Of a DNA stretch of 64,000 bases, positions 51,831 through 62,377 are shown one piece after another (position 1 is the first letter of the stretch; every line of letters begins with the position of its first letter). The DNA comes from Octopus vulgaris. Its lineage: Eukaryota. Position numbers and translations under genes: made by a program. The stretch covers positions 30,132,001 to 30,196,000 of the forward strand of contig OX597814.1 of NCBI GenBank assembly GCA_951406725.2. Reading direction: 5' to 3'. The notes beneath the pieces were generated by a model. It was not told the DNA's origin, did not search any database, and worked only from the letters and a program-made list of their open reading frames with translations.

Positions 51831-52017
51831 CTCCATATCCTGTACAGCAGGCATAGATTACCCAACCAACACTTACAGCCCAGACATTGCGATGGACTGC
51901 TGTATATAAAGAGATTGTTCCTTCAGTAACTCCGTCACCATTGTAAATATTATATAAGCCATAAAGGACAGTTATTGCATTTGAAGTTGCCATCAACCAG
52001 ATCATGGCACAGACATA
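51831..52017 (-). CDS. nrf-6: NRF-6-like paralogue A exon (YVCAMIWLMATSNAITVLYGLY...HRNVWAVSVGWVIYACCTGYG)
   Basis: Lies within ORF 51787..52059. Motif R-x-x-W-A-x-x-x-x-W-x-I-x-AC-x-x-G-Y-GG. Acceptor at 52018-52020, donor gtaagt ending 51830; 187 nt, phase 0 to 1. Confidence 0.92.
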
Positions 52018-52135
52018 CTGAAAAGAAGAAATACTTAGATAACTGAAGTAAACATACAAATACTGGTGGATCTAGTGGGGAGACTTTAGTTTCTTTCAGT
52101 TAACATTAAGAAACAGGAAGTAAACATATTGATTA

Positions 52136-52522
52136 CCGTATTTGACGGCATATAGGACGCACTTTTTTCCAAAAAATTTGGCTCAAAAAATCGCCCTGCG
52201 TCTAATATGTGAAGTCAAGACCCTCCCGTAGGCTAATCTTCTCCCAGACGCTCACTAACCTAGCTTACGATAAGTATTTCTACCTACGCTAACGCCTTAA
52301 TGATATTTTCCATACTCATGCATCATTATTTTATTGCTAGTATTATTATTATTATTATTACCAGTATTATTACTTTAAAATACGAATTATCGTAAAAATC
52401 AAAGCAATCTACCGTAAATTGTTAGGTTGCGAAATACACTTAAAACTTTTTTCCTGAATTTGACCTGCTGAAATGAGGGTGTGTCTAATATGCCAGTGTG
52501 TCTAATATGCCATCAAATACGG
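52136..52522. mobile_element. Tc1/mariner (pogo/Tc2-like) MITE
   Basis: TIRs ccgtatttgacggcatataggacgcac / gtgtgtctaatatgccatcaaatacgg with TA on both sides. Confidence 0.8.
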
Positions 52523-52650
52523 TAAATTCAATTCAACATAATTAAACATAAAATCAACAGTGGGCTTCACTAAACTAGTGATGGCACATGTTGTTATTTA
52601 GTGAGTATAAACAATTTAAAAGACTGAAATTTTCTGATAGCACTGAATAA

Positions 52651-53003
52651 TCAAGAGCGCTCAGAGGACGCAAACCTCTGCCAAGGCAACACCAATGTCC
52701 TCTCAACGATTAGCTGGAGATGATTTTTAAAATGAGAATATCGGAAAAAAACTCAACTGCTCTCACAAACGAGAATGCTAAAAATGAACCGAACTGCTCT
52801 CACAAATTAGGTAAAAAATACGGAAAAATAATCCAGAATCCTTGTCTGGTACTGGATTGATTCCAAAATATATTCAGTTTGTGCCAGTCACGAGGCCAAA
52901 CATCCCTGAAAGTTTCATCTGAATCCATCCAGAGGTTCTTGAGATATCTTGTTCATGGACAAACAAACACAACTGAAAACAATACCTCTGGCTTCACTAA
53001 GGT
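52651..53003 (-). mobile_element. Helentron-type non-autonomous element, same family as 62062-62377
   Basis: Shares ggacaagatatctcaagaac...gatgaaactttcagggat and ccttggcagaggtttgcg...ctgagcgct. Confidence 0.6.
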
Positions 53004-54482
53004 AGAAGTAATAACTTTTGAGAAGACACTGCAAGCCAAGTGAAATTGTAGTCATGAGAATATCCAGCAAGCCAAGTGAAATTGTGGTCGCAGCCAATGC
53101 TGGAGTCACATAACTGGCACCTCTGCTGGTGGCATGTAAAAAGCACCTCTCGAGCATTGGGTTTTATGGAGGCAAGGTGGCCGAATCCCATGGCACATGA
53201 AAAGCTCCTTTTGAGTGTTGGGCTTCATGGGGGCAATGACAAATGATAAAGACCTCTGGCATCATGTTGTGCTTGAGAAGAAGATCTATCAAGTCAAGTA
53301 AAATCGCAGTTGTGACAGATACTAGTACCATGCAAATGGTATCCATGCTAGTGGCATATATAAGTATCTATTACACTCTCAGAGTGACCGGTGTTAGGAA
53401 GGACATCCAGCTGTAGAAATCTGGTGTCCGGTCTGGTGTAGTCTTCCAGCTTGCCAGCCCTGGTCAAACCATGCAACCCATGCCAGCATGGACAACAAAC
53501 GTTAAATGATGAAATGATGATGACTTATTTTATATCATCAGAAAAACATCAACATCATCATAATCCTCTTCATCGTCATCATCATCATCATTATTTAAAG
53601 TCCATTTTTTCTCATTTTCACATGGGTCAGACGGAAATTTATTGAAACAAATTTTCTATGACCAGATGCTCTCCTTGTCACCAACCCTCACCTATTTCCA
53701 AGCAAGATGGTATTTTTCAATAATAAAGCATATTGAACAACATTGCTTGTATGATGGTGATGCTCATCTACAATCCTGATATCAATATAAAATTACACAC
53801 AAACATACACACACCTACACACACACACACATATATTATACACATATGCATATGTGTGTACATATATAATTGAAATTTACAGAAAACAGAAGATGAAGAC
53901 AGGTATATAAAAAGGTGTTTATATATATATATCTGGGATAGAGGGAGGCCCAGGAAGATATGGAATGAAGTAGTGAAGCATGACCTTCGAACTTTGGACC
54001 TCACAGAGGCAATGACAAAAGACCAAGACTTCTGGAGGTGTCCACAGCTGTAACCTACACCAGTGTCACATAACCAGCCCACTCAAAAGTACCTTGAATT
54101 GTAGGGTGACATGCCATGCTTGAGGAGACCTATTGAGTCAAGTACATCAACATCAACAGCAATATCAGAATCAAATCAAATGGAAATTGTAGTTATGAGC
54201 CCCGTGCCAGTAGCATGTAAAAATCACCATCTGAAGGTCCCAGGTTGTGACAGGAGTTGAAACACTCCTATCACAACCTGGGACCTTGAAGACTGCTCTA
54301 ATGCAAGGAAGTATACTAGTCCTTTAATATTTGATATTCAATATTTCATCTATTCAATAAGACAATCAATACTTCATTTCATTTTACTATATATATACTA
54401 TATATTCTATATTCTACATTCTACATTAATATTATAAAGAATATAAATAAAACATAAAAAACAGACAGAGTTGGAATTCCTT

Positions 54483-54530
<48 letters not shown>

Positions 54531-54533
<3 letters not shown>

Positions 54534-54950
54534 CACAGTAGTGGCTGTGTGGTAAGTAGCTTGCTTACCAACCACATGGTTCTGGGTTTAGTTCCACTGC
54601 GTGGCACCTTTGGTAAGTGTTTTCTACTATAGCCTCGGGCCAACCAAAGCCTTGTGGGTGGATTTGGTAGACGGAAACTGAAAGAAGCCCGTCGTATATA
54701 TGTATATATATATATATATATGTGTGTGTGCGTGTATGTTTGTGTGTCTGTGTTTGTTCCCTAGCATTGCTGGACAACCGATGCTGGTGTGTTTACATCC
54801 CCCGTCACTTAGTGGTTCGGCAAAAGAGACGGATAGGCTAAGTACTGGACTTACAAAGAATAAGTCCCGGGGTTGAGTTGGTCGATTAAAGGCAGTGCTC
54901 CAGCATGGCCGCAGTCAAATGAAACAAGTAAAAGAGTAAAAGAGTAAAGA
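54531..54950 (+). mobile_element. SINE family A copy
   Basis: Full head-to-tail match to family A. Confidence 0.85.
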
Positions 54951-54958
54951 GCATACAT

Positions 54959-55009
<51 letters not shown>

Positions 55010-55458
55010 TATACATACATACACACACACACTCTTCAGGCCTCTTTCAGTTTCTGTCTATCAAATCAACTCACAGGGCATGGGGCTATAGTAGATGACA
55101 CTTGCCCAAGAAATATGGTATAGTTAGACTAAACCTAAGTCCACATGCTGACACACAAATTCTTTAACTACACTGCTATGTCTGCATCTGTCTGTCTGCC
55201 TGTGTGTATAATAAAGATGTAATGAACGGAGAATTATACAGCTTCAAAATTTATTTATTGAAGTATTTTCTTCATAATCCATTCGGACACACTTCTGCTA
55301 GATAAGTGTCCTTTGATGCAGTAGTTATGTGCATTTAGTTGATTTATATAAGATCAAATTTCTATACACATTTATCTTAAGGTTGAAATTTCTTCTGCTT
55401 CACTCACTTGTATGGGTAACACCTTGAATAAGAATGGGAATAGCATTTGATTTAATAT

Positions 55459-55542
<84 letters not shown>

Positions 55543-55716
55543 CATACACACATATATATTTGGTGAGGCACCATTCTCTCAGAAGGTGGGTTGAAGGGTT
55601 TCTGCAGTTAAAAATTTATTGTGTGTGTGTGTATGCAGTACATCCTAATTTAGGCAAGAAAATCATACCATCCATATTTTTCATGAAACAAATAGAGAAT
55701 TTATTTGGCAACTTAC

Positions 55717-55840
55717 CTTATTTATATTCATTTTACATTTATTTCGGCTTAGATAATAACCATACAGCATTCCAATAATATAGGGCCCAATACGAGTGTA
55801 TGGCTTGACATAGATATGTTGAAAATATCCAATGCTTATT
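55717..55840 (-). CDS. nrf-6: NRF-6-like paralogue A exon (ISIGYFQHIYVKPYTRIGPYIIGMLYGYYLSRNKCKMNINK)
   Basis: Contains the family motif Y-x-KP-[YW]-TR-x-GPY-x-IG. Acceptor tttcag at 55841, donor gtaagt 55711-55716; 124 nt, phase 2 to 0. Confidence 0.92.
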
Positions 55841-55848
55841 CTGAAATG

Positions 55849-55887
<39 letters not shown>

Positions 55888-56078
55888 TGATGATGATCTT
55901 TTTTACTAAAGGCACAAGGCCTGAAATTTGGAGGGAGGGGACTAGTTGATTTTATTGACCCCAGTGTTTCACTGGTACTTAATTTATCGACTCTGAAAGA
56001 ATACAAGGCAAAGTCTTTGAACTCCAAGCATTTCAACCAGTGTGTTAACGAATCTGCCAGCTCACTGCCTTGGTGGTA

Positions 56079-56112
<34 letters not shown>

Positions 56113-56384
56113 CAGTAGTGTAATAGTAGTAGTAGTAATAATAATGGTTTCAAATTTTGGCACAAGGTCAGCAAGATTGGGGTAGGGGTTAATTGATTTC
56201 TTCGACTCCAGTGTTCAACTGGTACTAATTTTATCAACCTTGAAAGGGTGAAAGACGGAGTTGACCTTGGTGGAATTTTGAACTCAGAAAGTAAGGATGG
56301 ACGAAATGCTGCTAATCATTTTGCCTGGTGAACTAACAGGCGCGTCAGCTTGCTGCCTTAATAATAATAATAATAATCATAGTA

Positions 56385-56938
56385 AAATGCCCTGATGCAG
56401 TATCAGGCAGTGGCTCTCATGGCTTCTGATCTTAACTGATTGGGAGTGTTATGTACATTGTTTTGTCTTAGTATAAAAGATGGGCTACAGCAAATATTCT
56501 GCTCAATACCACAGATTTGCTTGTCAGTTGTTTGACCTTAACCAGTTAAGCATGTCCCTTAGTGGCTGACGATATGTGCATCTCTGATCATGAGCAAAAG
56601 TAGTGGGGGAGCATCATAGCCATGTGTTGATTGGAATTCTTTGGGGTTTGAATAATTCACCTCTGGAAACATGGGTGTTTTGTTCAACATCCTTAAACAA
56701 TCCTTATTCAGGGACTTTTTGAGTGAGATGGGCTACTTGACCTGATGAAAATTCTAACTAGGCCCCCACCTGCAAGGTCATGCACTGTTTATCTTGATAT
56801 GGGATCACCATGTTGCACACATGGTTGTGATGCATGTACCTCGTGTACCCTTATCAGACAGGTAGTCATGATGGGTATGCTGGACTTCATATATTTTACC
56901 TCTGTGTCACTTTGATGGCATGCACTGCTCTCTCACTC
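56385..56938 (+). mobile_element. Family E copy in (TAA)n
   Basis: Full length with the same termini; flanked by TAA repeats. Confidence 0.8.
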
Positions 56939-56979
<41 letters not shown>

Positions 56980-57142
56980 TAATAATAATGATGATTTCAG
57001 ATTTTGGCTCAAGGCCAGTTATTTCAGGGGAGTGGGTAAGTTGATTACATTGACCCCAGTGCTCAACTGGTACTTATTTTATCAACCCCAAAAGGATTAA
57101 AGGCAAAGTTGAGCTTGGCGGAATTTAATGATAATAATAAAA

Positions 57143-57177
<35 letters not shown>

Positions 57178-57179
57178 GC

Positions 57180-57780
57180 TGTTTGTAATGCATATGGTTC
57201 CACATTCTTTTGGGTTTAGAAGGGCAAATGCTGGTTATAAGAGGGCAGGACATAAGTTTAAGATAAACTACCTGCTGTTCATGGGTGATCTAAAACAATT
57301 TGGGAAAACTGACTGATTCCCCTGTTCAGATAATTCATACATTCAGCATGCCCATAGGAATGAAATTTGGCATAAAAATATGTGGGTTGCTACTACTGAA
57401 GAGAGGTAAAAAAAAATTGATAAGATGGAAGGAAATATATTATGAGATGGGCAAGTTATGGAGGAGATTAACAACAACGGGTGTGAGCAATTAGGCATCC
57501 TGGAAACAGACCAAATGAAAGAAAAGGCAGTTCTAAGGTAATCACTAGTGTGATAGAGTGGAGAAGTGATGAACTTAAGGAGTTTGATAGAAAGATCAAG
57601 AAAATGATGATACTACAAAGGGCTCCACACTCCATAAGTGATGTGGACAGGTATCTATTGCAACATAGAGGAGGAAATTGTGAATTGTGTGTGAAAACTG
57701 GGGGAAATAATCTGGCGTGGTATGTAAAGAATTCAAAGGAGAGAGTGATGGTAGGAGTAAGAAAGATAAAAGGCCTAAGC
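57180..57780 (+). mobile_element. Decayed R4/Dong-like non-LTR RT fragment next to (TAA)n
   Basis: INYLLFMGDL (INHLLFMDDL-like), GMKFGIKIC, IEWRSDELKEFDRKIKKMM...HSISDVDR motifs. A similar remnant lies at ~42690-42925. Confidence 0.7.
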
Positions 57781-57799
57781 AGTTTTACAAAAATCTTTA

Positions 57800-57990
57800 T
57801 ATTTCAGGCACAAAGGCCTATCCCCATAAGGAAGCATTCTAACTTGTCTTCTTTCCTCAAGCACCTCACTAGATGCAGCAACATCACTAAAGAGATAGAC
57901 GACTCCATTCTGGTCTCAGACAGAAACACTGGAAATCTACATATAAAAGAAGCTATATTGATCCACTGACTCAACCCAAAAATTAAGTCG
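57800..57990 (+). mobile_element. Short Penelope-like GIY-YIG C-terminal remnant
   Basis: SSFLKHL...ILVSDRN...LHIKEAILI...PKL motif. Confidence 0.45.
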
Positions 57991-58163
57991 ATCAGAGTTG
58001 AGCTGGTGGCTCCTATGAAAACATCACAGTGACAGTGACCAACATCAAAATATATGCTTCCACTACCACCACCACCATAACATGACTCCACAATCTTGCG
58101 ATCATGAGTGCAACATCCTAACACTAGGCCATGCACCCTCATGATGATAATAATAATAATAAC

Positions 58164-58203
<40 letters not shown>

Positions 58204-58444
58204 GTTTCAAATTCTGGCACAAGCCCAGCAATTTCAGGGATGGAGTCAAGTCAAATACATTGACCTCAGTGCTCAACTAGTACTTATTTTATCAAGCCCA
58301 AAAGGACGAGAGGTAAAGTTTACCTCAGTGGAATTTGAACTCAAAATGTAAAGATGGATGGAATACCTCTAAGCATTTTGTCCAGTGTACTAAGAATTCT
58401 GCCCACGACAGACAATGATGTGACAGTATTGATGATGGTGGTTA

Positions 58445-58595
58445 GTGGTGGTGGAGAATTTGTATGACTTCACCAGCCCCAATTTCTGGCCTTCTAATTG
58501 CTCCAGTTGTAATCTCATTAATTACTATGTTTGGGGTGTGGCTCAGAAAGACACCAACCACTCTGCCTGTAATACCAAGGCCAAGCTGGTGGTAA
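58445..58595 (+). mobile_element. Tc1-like transposase remnant interrupted by the CR1 insertion
   Basis: FWPSNCSSCNLINYYVWG resembles WPPNSPDLNPLDYYVWG; apparently resumes near 59125-59300. Confidence 0.55.
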
Positions 58596-58599
58596 AGAC

Positions 58600-59120
58600 T
58601 AACAGCGATGTACAACCAAGAGAATACTCTCTATCAGGCATTTGCCATATTCTGAATGTCTTACTTCCCTGAGCATGGATACATTGAAACTCCGATGTCT
58701 GGCAGCTGACTTGGCAGACACCCATAAAATTATTAACCATCTTACTAACAATAACTCTGAGCACCTTTTCAAACTCCACCTGTCTAACACCCGTGGACAT
58801 GTTTACAAAGTCAGAAAACAGTACAACTCCCATCACTTTTGGAAACATTTTTTCATGCTAAGAATTGCTGAAGTATGGAACAAACTGCCGGCTTCAGTTG
58901 TTAGTTGTCGGAGCACTGCATCCTTCAAAACTTCCATGCTTCCTGAGATTCGCCAACACTACACCTGATTTTCTCCCCTCCATACACACACAAGCAAGTA
59001 TCTGACTCATACACTGTTCACTTTCCAGACATTTGTACATTACTGCATATGCTTTAAACGCACTTTTGCCAAGTTGTGGTGCACCTGAGCACTGTATACA
59101 ATAGTTTCATTATTATTATA
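58600..59120 (+). mobile_element. CR1/L2-type LINE 3' end
   Basis: L..RCL.ADL...HKII...TRGHVYKV...FF..RI..VWNKLP.SVV...SFK motif followed by a 3' UTR and (ATT)n. Confidence 0.8.
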
Positions 59121-59305
59121 TTATATCTTCCCAGGGACACAATGAGGAATACAGACACCAGATTCTGGAGCTGTCTTGAGCTGTGATGGAAGCTGAGGGC
59201 AGTTACTTTGAGTAAACTATTATTTCCCAGCCATAATCTAGTTAATATCTTAAAATTTTTTTACAATATTTTTACAAATAATACTTTTTTAAAGTGCATC
59301 ACATA

Positions 59306-59757
59306 TACTCTTTCTCTTTTTTACTCTTTTACTGGTTTCAGTCATTTGACTGTGGTCTTACTGGAGCACCGCCTTTAGTTGAGCAAATCGACCCCAGAAC
59401 TTATACTTTGAAAGCCTAGTACTTATTCTATCAGTCTCTTTTGCCGAACCGCTAAATTACGTGGACGTAAACACACCAGCATCAGTTGTCAAGTGATGTT
59501 GGGGGGACAAACACAGACACACAAACATATACACACACACACATACATACATACATACATCCATTTTTATATATATATATATATACATATATACGACAGG
59601 CTTCTTTCAGTTTCCGTCTACCAAATCCACTCACAAAGCTCTGGTCGGCCTGAGGCTATAGTAGAAAACACTTGCCCAAGGTGCTACACAGTGGGACTGA
59701 ACCCGGAACCATGTGGTTCGTAAGCAAACTACTTACCACACAGTCACTCCTATGCCT
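59306..59757 (-). mobile_element. SINE family A copy
   Basis: Reverse complement of family A. Confidence 0.85.
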
Positions 59758-61343
59758 ATATCTATATCTTAGGACTTCAAAAGGTTTAGAAACCAGTGGT
59801 GGATGTTCAGTCTCCACTCATATTCTTTCTTGAATATAACTCTCAGGATTATTTTGTATCTTTTATATGTTTTAGTCATTAGGCTACGGCTATGCTGGAG
59901 CACCACCTTGAAGATGTTTATGAAATGAATCAACCCCCAGAACTTATTTTTATAAAACTTGGTACTTATTATGTCTCCTTTTTTCAGGAGCAGCTTGATA
60001 TGCAAGTAAACTGAATGGCATTGGAGAGCATAAAAATTTAAGTGGATCAGTCACTTTTGCTGAACTGCTAAGTTACAGGGGCATAAACACATCAATATTG
60101 GTTGTCAGTTGGCAGTGGAGGACAAACTCATACACAACGACACACACACAGATATATATATCATCATCATCATCGTTTAACGTCCACTTTCCATGCTAGC
60201 ATGGGTTGGACGGTTTTGACTGAGGGCTGGCGAACCAGATGGCTGCACCAGGCTTCAGTCTTGATCTGGCAGAGTTTCTACAGCTGGATGTCCTTCCTAA
60301 CGCCAACCACTCTGAGAGTGTAGTGAGTGCTTTTTACATGCCACCGGCATGGGGGCCAGTAAGGCGATGTTGGTAACGATCATGCTCAAATGGTGCCCTT
60401 TTACGTGTCACTGGCACGGAAGCCAGTTGGCTGCTCTGGCAACGATCACACTCGGATGGTGCTCTTAGCACCCTACTAGCACGGGCACAAGTGCCAGTAA
60501 GGCGACACTGGTAATGATCACACTTGAATAGTGCCTTTTATGTGTCATTGACATGGAAGCCGGTTAGCCGCTCTGTCAAATGATCACATTCGTATGGTAC
60601 TCTTTGCACCTCGCTAGCACGGATGCCAGTTATCGAGCACACACACACACACATATCCAATAGGCTTCTTTCAGTTTCTGTCTACCAAAACCACTCATAA
60701 GTCTTTGGTTGGCCCACTTGCTCAAGGTACTATGCAGTGGGATTGAACCTGAAGTAATGTGTTTGGGAAGCAAACTTCTTACCAATACCAATGGTTATGA
60801 AACTCCCTTTTCTCACATGTGGTTGTGGTTCTATTACCCTTAAATCTCTCAAACTTATTCATTAACTGCTCAGATCTTACTCATGTCACTGTTATTTTTG
60901 TTTGTTATTTTAACCAAGGTGGTGAACTAACAGAATCGTTAGCATGCCGGGCGAAATGCTTAGTGGTATTTCGTCTGCTGGTACGTTCTGAGTTCAAATT
61001 CCGCTGAGGTCGACTTTGCCTTTCATCCTTTCGGGGTTGATTAAATAAGTACCAGTTACGCACTGAGGTCGATATAATCGACTTAATCCATTTGTCTGTC
61101 CTTGTTTGTCCCCTCTACGTTTAGCCCCTTGTGGGCAATAAAGAAATAAGAATCATTAGTACGACGGACAAAATGCTTAGCAGTATTTTGTCTGCCAGTA
61201 TGTTCTGAGTTCAAATTCCATCAAAGTTGACTTTGCTGTTCATCCTTTCGGGGTTGATAAATTAAATACCAGTGAGACACAGGAGTTGATGTAATCAACT
61301 AGTCTCCTCCTGCCCAAATTTCAGGCCTCGTACCTATAACTTG

Positions 61344-61717
61344 CGTCAGAAATTAATTAGCACTTCTCAACTTTCTACATTAAATAGGTTAAATCAATTA
61401 ACCTATGAGCTGTTCAAAACGTCTTACGCGATGAGAAAACTTAGTATGGTGTGATTTCGGTCCTTGCGAGGCGCTACCTATATCTATTAAACAAAGGAAG
61501 ATTTGTCTGCATCCGCACTCCAAGTTGTTGTTGCACTGCTATGTCAACATCATAAGGCTGTAGACTCTCAAACTGCTCTGCAAACAAAGTTACGTCATCG
61601 TTCTGCGCAACAGTGAACTCGCAACAAAGCAATAGTTCAAGATATGGCCACTAGTTGACAGCACATACCTTGAGTGAAGAGCAAATCAAAGGTGCTAATT
61701 AATTTCTGACGGTAGTG
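61344..61717. mobile_element. Tc1-type MITE
   Basis: TIRs cgtcagaaattaattagcac / gtgctaattaatttctgacg(gtagtg-TA). Confidence 0.7.
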
Positions 61718-61811
61718 TATAACAGAAATGATTATTACCAGTTATGCTGTAGAAAATGCTTTTGCTATGAGAACAAACCAATTAAAAGATATACTGAAAG
61801 TATGGACTTAC

Positions 61812-61925
61812 GATTTGTCAGTAAACATAACAGGAGGTAAATCTTCTGTTGTTGAAATTATTCCTGCAGAAAGCATTTGAGCCAAAAGTAAAGCAAAAAA
61901 GATAGCAAAGCCAATGAGGGGAAAC
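61812..61925 (-). CDS. nrf-6: NRF-6/O-acyltransferase-like paralogue A, internal coding exon (xFPLIGFAIFFALLLAQMLSAGIISTTEDLPPVMFTDK)
   Basis: Hand translation. Acceptor ttttcag at 61926-61928, donor gtaagt at 61806-61811; 114 nt, phase 2 to 2. TM helix plus DLPP typical of the Acyl_transf_3 region; joins in frame to the next exon. Confidence 0.85.
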
Positions 61926-62061
61926 CTGAAAATATAATTAACAAATATTATTTATTAATTAAGGAGAAAATTTTTATGGGAGAAAACAGAAAATAATAAA
62001 GCCATTTAAAGGATTAACCCTTTAGCACTCAGGTTACCCTGTCAACTGTAAAACGTATTTA

Positions 62062-62377
62062 TTACCTCTGCCTTAGCGAAGGCAGAGGCATTGTTTTCAG
62101 TCGTGTTTGTTTGTTAGTCCATGGATAAGATATCTCAAGAACTGCTGAATGGATTCCAATGAAACTTTCAGGGATCGATCCAGTACCTGACAAGGATTCT
62201 GGATTATTTTTCCATTTTTTAAACTTAATTTTTGAGAGTGGTCAGGTTCATATTTAGTATTCTTGTTTGTGAGAGCAATTCAGATGTATTCTCATTTTAA
62301 AAATCATCTCCAGTGAATTGTTGAGAGGACGTTGGTGTTGCCTTGGCTGAGGTTTGTGCTCTCTGAGTGCTTTTGTT
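62062..62377 (+). mobile_element. Helentron-type non-autonomous element (HINE/DINE-1-like) nested in a piggyBac MITE
   Basis: 5' hairpin cctctgccttagcgaaggcagagg, subterminal inverted match ccttggctgaggt, 3' hairpin gtgctctctgagtgc. Related copies at ~637-870, ~4057-4258 and 52651-53003 (-). Confidence 0.6.
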
